Position numbers and translations under genes: made by a program. A stretch of 64,000 nucleotides of DNA from Oscillospiraceae bacterium (GTDB taxonomy: Bacteria > Bacillota > Clostridia > Oscillospirales > JAVBNY01). The notes beneath the pieces were generated by a model. That model saw only the letters and a program-made list of their open reading frames with translations. It had not been told where the DNA came from and did no database searches. Of the stretch, positions 36,440 through 43,942 are shown in pieces. The stretch lies in NCBI GenBank assembly GCA_031551205.1, contig JAVBNY010000003.1, positions 20,590-84,589 of the forward strand, written 5' to 3'. Every line of letters begins with the position of its first letter. Position 1 is the stretch's first letter.

Positions 36440-36536
36440 ATGCACGACCTCCTAATGTGTATATATTTCCCTCTATATGTTAGCATATAAGTAAAAAAGT
36501 GTCTATACATGGAGAGCAATGTTGTAACATCTCAAT

Positions 36537-36566
36537 GCAAAACCGGGGCGCTCACAGCGCCCCGCA
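36537..36566 (-). terminator. Terminator of the phage lysis cassette
   Basis: Minus strand CGGGGCGCT-gtg-AGCGCCCCG followed by GTTTTGCATT. Overlaps the amidase stop codon. Confidence 0.7.
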
Positions 36567-37190
36567 CCTGTCCAGTATCACAATCATATCCTGCCGCGTG
36601 ATTGCCTCGTGCAATTTTAGGTTGCCCTTGTCGTCGCCCTTGAGGACGCCGTTCGCGATTGCCTTGTCGACGGCCTCCCTGGCATATGCGTCCGGCGTGT
36701 TGTCAAGTTTGGGTTCCGACATAGCTTTTTTCACCCTTTCACAGAATTCATTCCAACGCGCCGTATCCCTCAGGATGCGGGGGCAGTTTTTCCCCGTCCA
36801 GTCGTGGTGCTGCCGGAGCTTGTCCGGCACGAGGCCGAGGGTCCTCAGCGTCGCGGCCGCGACTTGCACAGCGTTTTCGATGGCCTTCTCCCTGTCGCCG
36901 GATTCGCAGATCTCCAGTCCGACGGAGGACGCGTTGCCAGGGCCGTTTGCGCCGTCACCGGCGTGGTAGGCCACCTCGTTAAGCGGTATTGCCTCAATGG
37001 CCTCGCGGTCGTCAACGACAATGTGCCAACCGGTCGATGTGGTGTTCCCGGGGTTTGTGAGCCAGCCGCGCTCATCCCGCGCACTGCTCTTGAGGTTGGC
37101 CGTCGAGTGGATGGTCAGGTATTTGGCTGTCATCGTGCGGCCTGTGCACTTTTTGCTGCCCTTTGGGATGTGGTTTTGTGCGTAGATCAC
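36552..37190 (-). CDS. Phage endolysin: N-acetylmuramoyl-L-alanine amidase (Amidase_2/PGRP) with a C-terminal SLH-like wall-binding segment
   Basis: YLTIHSTAN...GWHIVVDD.EAIEAIPLNEVAYHAGDG...GLEICESG...HHDWTGKNCP matches the Amidase_2 pattern. The C-terminus PDAYAREAVDKAIANGVLKGDDKGNLKLHEAITRQDMIVILDR resembles a single SLH repeat. Confidence 0.8.
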   Translation of the reverse strand: MIYAQNHIPKGSKKCTGRTMTAKYLTIHSTANLKSSARDERGWLTNPGNTTSTGWHIVVDDREAIEAIPLNEVAYHAGDGANGPGNASSVGLEICESGDREKAIENAVQVAAATLRTLGLVPDKLRQHHDWTGKNCPRILRDTARWNEFCERVKKAMSEPKLDNTPDAYAREAVDKAIANGVLKGDDKGNLKLHEAITRQDMIVILDRCGAL

Positions 37191-37609
37191 TGGTTATCTC
37201 CGTCCTTATCCCCGTCCGCATCCTTGAGCTGGGCGAGGGCGCTGAGCAGCCGCTTCGGGATCGGGATGCCGAGCCGTCCGGCGTTCTCCGTAATGCTGAG
37301 CGCCTCATTCGCAATAAAAAAGCTGATCACCGCTCCGCGCAGAAGTCCGGCGTCGTTAAATATTTGGCGGTCGAGTATTGTTCCGACGGCGACTACTAAA
37401 AATATGCCCACCTTTTTGACGAGCCCCTTAACGCCCTGGGAGCTGGAAAGGGCGCCCTCGTTAAACGCCGCCGACACGCCGGAAATGTAGTCCAGCGCGA
37501 CGAGCGCGATCAGCGCGTAAAGAAACCCGTCGGGCGCTCCGAATATCCACATCAGGATTCCGCCACCGAGACCCGCGAGCAGCTTGAGCTTTACAATAAT
37601 GTTTTCCAT
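37187..37609 (-). CDS. Phage holin (Phage_holin_4_1 / TcdE-like)
   Basis: 140 aa with three TM segments. DYISGVSAAFNEGALSSSQGVKGLVKKVGIFLVVAVG and ISFFIANEALSITENAG match the holin_4_1 pattern. Its stop overlaps the amidase start (ATGA). Confidence 0.8.
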   Translation of the reverse strand: MENIIVKLKLLAGLGGGILMWIFGAPDGFLYALIALVALDYISGVSAAFNEGALSSSQGVKGLVKKVGIFLVVAVGTILDRQIFNDAGLLRGAVISFFIANEALSITENAGRLGIPIPKRLLSALAQLKDADGDKDGDNQ

Positions 37610-37668
37610 TAAAATTCCTCCACTTTAGTGTTAAGGCCGCCCCGGTTGGGGCAGCCTCGCCGTGTGCG

Positions 37669-37878
37669 TCAGTCTTCAGTCGTCTCTTTGTCGTACGTGC
37701 GCTCGGCGACAAACCTGTAATACGCCTCACGCTGGGGGCCGATCGCGCCGTACTCCTCAGCCTCGCCGGGGTGCGCGTGATCCCACAGATCGATCGCAAT
37801 GTTAATGGGGACGTCGTTTTCGATGCCGGTCTGGCGGATGCCCTCCGCGTTTTCGATGTAGTAGTTTCTGTTATCCAT
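37669..37878 (-). CDS. Small phage hypothetical protein
   Basis: ATG 37878 lies 7 nt after AAGGGGGA. 69 aa and acidic. Located between the fibre and holin genes, the position of XkdX-like small proteins. Confidence 0.5.
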   Translation of the reverse strand: MDNRNYYIENAEGIRQTGIENDVPINIAIDLWDHAHPGEAEEYGAIGPQREAYYRFVAERTYDKETTED

Positions 37879-37898
37879 GATTTTTCCCCCTTTTAAAT

Positions 37899-39878
37899 TT
37901 AGGCGTACAGCCAATTGTATACGCCTGTCAAAATAAGATTTCTGCCGTTTCCGGAGGCGTCGGATATGATGTCAGTCCCCTCGTCAAAGACGTAATCCGC
38001 GTAGGTGCTGCTGTCGGCGGCGGTAAATTTTACCCGGTACATCTCGCCAATAAGGTACGCGGACGAATCCCCGGAGCTGCGGAGCATGTTAAAGTTCCCG
38101 CCCAGAGTAAAGGTGGCCTTTGTGACCGTCGCGTCCTGCGTCTCGGATCCGCCATCCGGGGTGATGTAGGTTGTAACGGTTGTGTTGCCGCCGGAGACCG
38201 ATATCGCGATCCGCAGCGTGTACACGGTGCCTTGACTGATGGTCTGCGTGCCGGTGGTCAGCCCGTCGAGAAAGTAGTATCGCAGCTTGCCGTTGTAATA
38301 CTGCACGTCGAACATGCCACCCGATGCCTGGAAAGACTGAAGGATGTACCGCGGCGACGTCGCTGCGGAGGCCGCCTTGAACTTAATGGAGATTTCCTTA
38401 AACGCCGACAGCGTCATCCCCGCTCCAAAGGGAGCGACCGCCCGCGCCCCGGCCGTCGCGCCTCCTACTGCGAGAGACGTCGCCTTCACGGGGGCCGCGT
38501 GGAGCTGCACGGTGTAATCCGCACCCGCGCCGAAACGGAAGGTTTTGAGCTCGCCGGTCTCGGGATGGTAAACGCAGGTCGTGACCGCAAGGGCACTGAG
38601 CGTGCCCGCTGTGCGGGGCGACGGGGACACGCCGCCGGTCGGAAGCGTCCCGGTGTTGGGAATCGGCACGCCACACAGAAAGGCGACAGCTTTGAATTTA
38701 GTGTAAGCGGCGGGCATAGTAACGCAGTCAATATGCGTGTGGCCGTTGCACCACAGCACATACTTGGGTTTGGGCTTACCCGTAAAGTCGACGCTGACGA
38801 TCTCAGAATAGTTGCCGGTGGCGGAGCCCGAGAAGGTTGTCGCGTCGATACAGGCCTCGACGATGCCTTTCATGAGATTGTCGTTGTTCAGCGTCATACC
38901 CGGCATGAGCGCCCCGGCAGGCGGGATGTGGCTCAGGATGATGACGCCCCAGTCGGTTTTGCCTGTCAGGTCAAGCGCCTCGCCGAGCCAGCCCAGCTGG
39001 TCGTTTTGCCAGCCGTACAGCTCGTACTGCTCAAAGCCGCCGGACGCGCCCGGATACAGCGGCACGTCGCAGGAATCCAGGAATACGACCCTGAGCTTTT
39101 TGCTCGCAAAGTCCCTGTAGCCGTATGGCCGCTGCTTGGTACCGTTGTTTTTGCCGTTGCGGACAATCGTGCCGTCGTCAAACGGCTGCTGTGCGGCGGC
39201 GGTAAATTGCTGTGGCGTGACGTATGCACCCAGGACGTTGCTGCGGTACAGTCCTATGTCGTGGTTGCCGTTTAATACAAACGTCGGTGAGCTGACGCCC
39301 TCCAGCGCTTTGACAATCTGAGCCATCCACGACAGGTATTTGTCTGTTGTCGTAACGGATATTGGGTCGGCCAGGATATCGCCGAGGTGCGTGCAAAACG
39401 TAGGGCCGAGAGCCTTTGTAATCTCGGCGAACGCGTACATACCCTGCATGCGGTCGTCGCTGACGTCTGCCTCCGCGTGCGTGTCGGTAATGACCGTCAT
39501 GACGACGCTGTCCGGCCGGATGTCGCGCTGTACTTTCCTTATGTACGTCGGCAGGGCGGCGGTGACGTAGGAAGCGAGCGGCGACATTCCGGAGCCCGGG
39601 TCGCCCTTCGGTCCCTGAGGCCCTGTGTCGCCCTTATCCCCTTTGTCTCCCTTCGGGCCTGGTTCGCCGGTACCGCCGGATTGAGGCGTCAGTGTTTTGT
39701 TGCCCGCAACCTCGTAGTGAGTAACGCCGGCGGAGCCCCTGACTTTAATTTCCTGCCCCTCGTAAGAAGCTCCGCCCGCCGCGTAAGCCTCTGCGGCCTC
39801 CAGGCTGTCAAATATCTCGGACTTTTCTACCGGACCCGAGTAAAGCCGCTGAAAGGGCTGTAGTATTGGTGTTGGCAT
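37899..39878 (-). CDS. Phage tail fibre-like protein: collagen-like repeat + calcineurin-type metallophosphoesterase + ConA/LamG-like C-terminal domain
   Basis: GEPGPKGDKGDKGDTGPQGPKGDPGSG (G-X-Y repeats). Metallophosphoesterase motifs VITDTHAE, HLGDIL, LNGNHD, ILSHIPP and CNGHTHID. The C-terminal ~190 aa beta-rich region ends DASGNGRNLILTG. Confidence 0.7.
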   Translation of the reverse strand: MPTPILQPFQRLYSGPVEKSEIFDSLEAAEAYAAGGASYEGQEIKVRGSAGVTHYEVAGNKTLTPQSGGTGEPGPKGDKGDKGDTGPQGPKGDPGSGMSPLASYVTAALPTYIRKVQRDIRPDSVVMTVITDTHAEADVSDDRMQGMYAFAEITKALGPTFCTHLGDILADPISVTTTDKYLSWMAQIVKALEGVSSPTFVLNGNHDIGLYRSNVLGAYVTPQQFTAAAQQPFDDGTIVRNGKNNGTKQRPYGYRDFASKKLRVVFLDSCDVPLYPGASGGFEQYELYGWQNDQLGWLGEALDLTGKTDWGVIILSHIPPAGALMPGMTLNNDNLMKGIVEACIDATTFSGSATGNYSEIVSVDFTGKPKPKYVLWCNGHTHIDCVTMPAAYTKFKAVAFLCGVPIPNTGTLPTGGVSPSPRTAGTLSALAVTTCVYHPETGELKTFRFGAGADYTVQLHAAPVKATSLAVGGATAGARAVAPFGAGMTLSAFKEISIKFKAASAATSPRYILQSFQASGGMFDVQYYNGKLRYYFLDGLTTGTQTISQGTVYTLRIAISVSGGNTTVTTYITPDGGSETQDATVTKATFTLGGNFNMLRSSGDSSAYLIGEMYRVKFTAADSSTYADYVFDEGTDIISDASGNGRNLILTGVYNWLYA

Positions 39879-40207
39879 TATCTGTCACCCCCTGACGTTT
39901 CAATTAATTCGAGTACGGTTTCCTTTATGGTGGCCACTTCCTGTTTCAAGACACTGTCTCCCTCCATTTCATTAATCTTCGCGCTGAGTTCCTCGACCTG
40001 CCGGCGCAGTATATCTATTTCGCTCTCATTGGCGATAACCTCCGGAGGCTGGGAAGGAAGCGCTTTTTGCCATGCGCGTCCATCAAACTTGTCCCCCATG
40101 CCAAAACCCTCGGGCAGCAAAACGGCCCCGATCCGGACGGCGAACGGGGCCTCGGAGACTATTACATTTTCAACGACGCCGTTTTTTACTATCGCGTAGT
40201 TCCCCAT
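39878..40207 (-). CDS. Phage hypothetical protein (coiled-coil C-terminus)
   Basis: 109 aa ORF whose start and stop abut the flanking tail genes. No recognisable family. Confidence 0.5.
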   Translation of the reverse strand: MGNYAIVKNGVVENVIVSEAPFAVRIGAVLLPEGFGMGDKFDGRAWQKALPSQPPEVIANESEIDILRRQVEELSAKINEMEGDSVLKQEVATIKETVLELIETSGGDR

Positions 40208-41596
40208 TTAAGCACCCCCATAATAGATAATGCAGACCCCATCGCCACCCTTGCCGGACAATATTGTCGCGCCGCCACCGTCCGCGCGGCTTATTCCACC
40301 GCCACCCCCGCCAAATCCATCTAATCCGGATCCGGCGGATACCTCTCCGGTCTCGCTTTGGCCAACCGCCCGCCCGAGCCCGCCGCCTCCCGTGTTCGGG
40401 AGTGGAACGGCGTATTCACAGCGCGAGCCGTATCCCCCGCCCGCGTACATGACGCCGCTGTAGGGATTGATGGTAGGGACATGCGCGCCGGCGCCGACGT
40501 AGCCTGTGGAGCCCCCGCTTACAAGCTCTTCTAAAAGTCCGTCCGAACCGTTGTATCCGCCCCATTGACGATAAGAGCCCCCGCCGCTGCCACCCCTGCC
40601 GCCGGCAAGGATGTTGATTCCCGCCTTTCCTCCGCCGGCTTCAAACCCGAACGCCTCAGTTTTGCCCCCCTCCATTCCTATGCCGGCAGTCCCCGTCATT
40701 ATCTTCGCGGCCCCGCCCGCGCCTATAACTATTGGGTACGCGCTGCCGGGGACAACGGGGATACTTTTCTTAAACAGGACATATCCCGCCCCGCCGCCTC
40801 CCGCGCCAAGGGAAGAGGCCTGCCCGTGACTATTTGTCGAACCGCTGGCCCCGCCGCCCACAAGCCAGATATCAACATAGTGCACACCCGCCGGGCAGAT
40901 CCAATCCTGAGACGTTGTGATCGTCACACTGTGCGGATGAGGGTTTACGCAATAAGAACCCACGGCGGTCTGCATTAATCTGCTTTTGCGGAACATGTTC
41001 ATCAGATCCGGCGTGTTTTCAACGGCGGCTCTTTCGGCCTCTGTCATGGCCTCCGGAAACATGAGGTACTCCCAAAGGTTTGCGGGCAGGTCGGACGGAG
41101 GCTGATACGGGGGCTGCCCCGTAAAGGCGGCGAATCCGCAGAGCTCCCGGTTCCCTCTGGTGTCCGTTGCGGTAAGCGTCTCCCAGGTGGCGTCGATCTC
41201 CGCCAGGCATAAGTCATATATCTTTGTTTCGCGGCTTAGCGGAGGATACTCAGCCGCGGTTCCCTTGAGCAGCAACAGCACGAAGTCCTTTACCTCGTCA
41301 GTGAGGTCACACCTTACGACAAGCCGGTATTTGCACGGCCCGTTGTCAGCCGTGATGATCTCCGGCGTGATAATGTGACACAGAAACCCGTTTGCCCAGA
41401 TGCGGCCCGTGTTTACGGTCAGGTTAAATCCGCTTGCCGTGACCTTGCAGGCCTCCGCATCCTCGTTTGCAAATACCCCATTTACGATCAGCGCGCTGAA
41501 ATAATTGCTGAAATCAACCGCATTATATTCGCGGTCGTAGTTTCCGTCCGGCAGTTGACTGCCATTAAAGAAATATCCTTTTACAGCCATAAGCAC
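40208..41596 (-). CDS. Phage tail fibre / glycine-rich domain protein
   Basis: 462 aa. The C-terminal third is Gly-rich (GGGASGS..., GAGGGGAGYV, GGRGGSGGGSY, GGGGGGISRADGGG), typical of phage glycine-rich receptor-binding proteins. Confidence 0.6.
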   Translation of the reverse strand: MLMAVKGYFFNGSQLPDGNYDREYNAVDFSNYFSALIVNGVFANEDAEACKVTASGFNLTVNTGRIWANGFLCHIITPEIITADNGPCKYRLVVRCDLTDEVKDFVLLLLKGTAAEYPPLSRETKIYDLCLAEIDATWETLTATDTRGNRELCGFAAFTGQPPYQPPSDLPANLWEYLMFPEAMTEAERAAVENTPDLMNMFRKSRLMQTAVGSYCVNPHPHSVTITTSQDWICPAGVHYVDIWLVGGGASGSTNSHGQASSLGAGGGGAGYVLFKKSIPVVPGSAYPIVIGAGGAAKIMTGTAGIGMEGGKTEAFGFEAGGGKAGINILAGGRGGSGGGSYRQWGGYNGSDGLLEELVSGGSTGYVGAGAHVPTINPYSGVMYAGGGYGSRCEYAVPLPNTGGGGLGRAVGQSETGEVSAGSGLDGFGGGGGGISRADGGGATILSGKGGDGVCIIYYGGA

Positions 41597-41600
41597 CTCC

Positions 41601-42749
41601 TCATTTGTTGCGGATCTGACGCATGATGCGCCCGAACACGTTCAGCGGCGAACGTCCAAAGGTCAGCGTCAACTTTACTCCTGAGCTGTCAATTTCATGG
41701 GCGGCGCCCGTGATCTGCATGTCGGACGATATGCCCCACTCAAGATTTTGCACGGTCACAAAGTCACCGAGAAAATAGTCTCTGCCGTATCGGTGGCGTG
41801 TGTCCAAAGTGCGGCAGGTAAAGCTTTCGTCAGTCCTGTAGTTTTCGGCCTCGATGAGAGCCTGACGCCGCAATTCGTTGTATTCCTCGCCCGCCTCGGG
41901 AGTTTCCGCCGAAACGGTGAGATGCTGCTCCCAGCGGTATATGCCCTCGGGCTCATCTTCCCCCTCGCGCGTGTACATTACGGTCAGCGCCTCGTCGGCG
42001 AACTCAGCGCCCGAGCGCGTTGTGTAAAATACGTTGCGCATAGCCGCGTCGGAGTTTATGTAGTCCTGCGCCTCGACGGTGCCGCGCCCGGGCGAAAACA
42101 CTATTCGGGGATTTACGTGTTGGCCGTACGTACGGTCCACGCCTTCAAGCACGTCAAAGATAAATGAGTGGGCGTCGAGATCCGGTGTTATCTTCCAGCC
42201 AAGTCTTGCGTTCTCGCCGATCTTCTGGAGCACCTCGGACAAAAATTCGAACCTGGTCATATACTTGTCGTCCGGTATCCCGCGTCCAAGGTCGGGGGCT
42301 ATGACAAAGCCTGTGATATTGCGCATTGGCTGGAGGCTTTCGATCACATTGTGCGCGACAAACTGTTTCATGACCGTCTCGCTGGAGCCGACTGCCGGAT
42401 CATACCCCAGCGCCCCGACGACATCGGTAAACTGCGGCGGCACGGTTGGTCTGGAGGAAAGCAGACCGTTAAGATCAAGGCCCGAGACAGTAATGGTTTC
42501 AGCGTCTTTCAAAGCCGAGATGGAGACGCTGCGGATAATGCCCCAAAAATATTGCCCTATAAACACAAGGTTGTACTTTTTAAGCTGATCCGCGTAAAGT
42601 GTTCCAAACGGCAGCTCAATCTCAAACGCTCCCGGGCCGTAAAAGCTCTCTGTCATGGATATCCGGCTTGCCCGCGAGGTTATCCCGACGCGCTTAAAAT
42701 GCGGGCTGGCAGCCGTCGGCGGCTCATATATGCGTATTTCTATCCCCAT
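41601..42749 (-). CDS. Phage tail protein, siphovirus Gp37-like
   Basis: 382 aa in the position of a tail-tip protein. The N-terminus MGIEIRIYEP...SMTESFYGPGAFEIELPFGT resembles ReqiPepy6 Gp37-like family members. Assigned from memory of the family pattern only. Confidence 0.5.
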   Translation of the reverse strand: MGIEIRIYEPPTAASPHFKRVGITSRASRISMTESFYGPGAFEIELPFGTLYADQLKKYNLVFIGQYFWGIIRSVSISALKDAETITVSGLDLNGLLSSRPTVPPQFTDVVGALGYDPAVGSSETVMKQFVAHNVIESLQPMRNITGFVIAPDLGRGIPDDKYMTRFEFLSEVLQKIGENARLGWKITPDLDAHSFIFDVLEGVDRTYGQHVNPRIVFSPGRGTVEAQDYINSDAAMRNVFYTTRSGAEFADEALTVMYTREGEDEPEGIYRWEQHLTVSAETPEAGEEYNELRRQALIEAENYRTDESFTCRTLDTRHRYGRDYFLGDFVTVQNLEWGISSDMQITGAAHEIDSSGVKLTLTFGRSPLNVFGRIMRQIRNK

Positions 42750-42798
42750 ATTCTTTGTCTCCTTTCGGGCATGACAAAGCCGCCCAAATCTGAGCGGC

Positions 42799-42827
42799 TT
42801 GACAAACGGCGGTCGCCGTGGTATATT
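42799..42827 (+). promoter_or_regulatory. Consensus promoter for an antisense small RNA
   Basis: TTGACA (42799-42804), 17 nt, TATATT (42822-42827) on the strand opposite all the phage genes. Points at the 3' end of the mini-toxin gene. Confidence 0.6.
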
Positions 42828-42833
42828 TTAGGC

Positions 42834-42922
42834 AGAGGGCAGACCGTACGAACGGTTCGCCATGGATTTAGTTATTAGAAAATAACCGCTACCTTGGCTG
42901 GGGGGCGGTTACTTTCTTTTTG
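42834..42922 (+). ncRNA. Candidate antisense antitoxin sRNA (~90 nt)
   Basis: Predicted TSS ~7 nt after the -10. Internal hairpin ACCGT-acga-ACGGT. Terminal hairpin AACCGC...GCGGTT (42884-42910) followed by ACTTTCTTTTT. Overlaps the stop codon and 3' UTR of the convergent toxin ORF. Confidence 0.45.
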
Positions 42923-42989
42923 TATCAAGGAGCGTTAAAACCAGTATCGCGAAAGCGATCATAAGTGTTAACGTCTCATATGTACTCAA
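42909..42989 (-). CDS. Holin-like toxin mini-protein (26 aa)
   Basis: Below the ORF-track size limit. TTG start 5 nt after GGAGGTGAGG. Encodes MSTYETLTLMIAFAILVLTLLDTKRK, which matches the MSxYExLxLMIxF...KK pattern of Firmicutes putative holin-like toxins (Hol-Tox). Followed by the hairpin AACCGCC...GCGGTT and then ATTTTCT. Confidence 0.6.
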   Translation of the reverse strand: MSTYETLTLMIAFAILVLTLLDTKRK

Positions 42990-43047
42990 AGGCCTCACCT
43001 CCAATCAAAGAGGTGTGGCGAACCGTCCCTTGCTGCCCTCTGAGGGC

Positions 43048-43077
43048 ATTATATTATACAGCTCTCCGCCCTGTCAA
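43048..43077 (-). promoter_or_regulatory. Promoter of the mini-toxin gene
   Basis: Minus strand TTGACA (43077-43072), 18 nt, TATAAT (43053-43048), immediately after the distal-tail-protein stop. In the 5' UTR, CACCTC (43015-43010) can pair with the GAGGTG of the RBS (43001-42996), sequestering the SD. Confidence 0.55.
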
Positions 43078-43080
43078 CCA

Positions 43081-43941
43081 TCACACCCCCATGTACGGCA
43101 GGCGGTAGCGGATGCTTGTAACCGGCGTTTCGTTTGGGCTCTCGTTCTCCACGGTCAGCACGTTTTGCCCCGGCTCCAGCGCGAAAAACTCGCTGCCCAT
43201 GGTCAGCCAGTAGCTTACATCAGCAGAGGATCCGTCGGGGCTATGTATTGTAGCCGAGCAGTCGCGCATGTTGATAACAAGCTTCTGCCCCTGCCTTATC
43301 GGGCGGTTTATGGAGATATGCCTGCCGGTGGTTTTATTCCTCACAGTGACAAGCTCGGCCGTGGGACAGACCTCGATGACCGGATATATATCCTCGGTCG
43401 ATGGGTTATGTATCCGCGCCTGGGTGATGGAATATCCAAAGACCGTATTGGAGACGTGCCACGGGAACCGAAAAAGCCTTGTCTGGTCTCCCAATACAGC
43501 AATCTTTTCTTCGGCGCTCTCCCATCCGGATACATCCGCCTGAAGGTCGATATCAAAGGCCTGAGCGTTTTCTGTCCTCTTTTCGAATGTCGGCAGGGCG
43601 GCGGGGCGGCAGCGTATGCTGCGCCCGCCCGCCTCGCTGTAGTACGTCAGCCGCCCGAAATGTTTGGGATTAAACGCCTCGCAGAGTTCGGCCCTTCGGT
43701 CATCAAGAGCGGCCTGGGCGGAATATGCTCTGTTGCCATAGGCGACAATCGGTCCCGTTATATTTATGGTTCTCGGGCCGTTTGAGACAAAGACTGTGTA
43801 ATCGCCGTCGGAGCGCGGCGGCGTGACCGTCTCCGGCCGGCCCGACATGACGTTGCCGTCTAATGTCGCCAGCAAAAACGGAGGCGCGTCGCGCAGCCGT
43901 ACCGTTCGTCCGTTTTCAGATTCCCAAAGGGCTGTTCTCAC
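43081..43941 (-). CDS. Phage distal tail protein (phage tail family, Sipho_tail-like)
   Basis: 286 aa, directly downstream of the tape measure gene with abutting stop and start. Size, position and beta-rich sequence are typical of Dit proteins. Confidence 0.65.
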   Translation of the reverse strand: MRTALWESENGRTVRLRDAPPFLLATLDGNVMSGRPETVTPPRSDGDYTVFVSNGPRTINITGPIVAYGNRAYSAQAALDDRRAELCEAFNPKHFGRLTYYSEAGGRSIRCRPAALPTFEKRTENAQAFDIDLQADVSGWESAEEKIAVLGDQTRLFRFPWHVSNTVFGYSITQARIHNPSTEDIYPVIEVCPTAELVTVRNKTTGRHISINRPIRQGQKLVINMRDCSATIHSPDGSSADVSYWLTMGSEFFALEPGQNVLTVENESPNETPVTSIRYRLPYMGV

Positions 43942-43942
43942 C

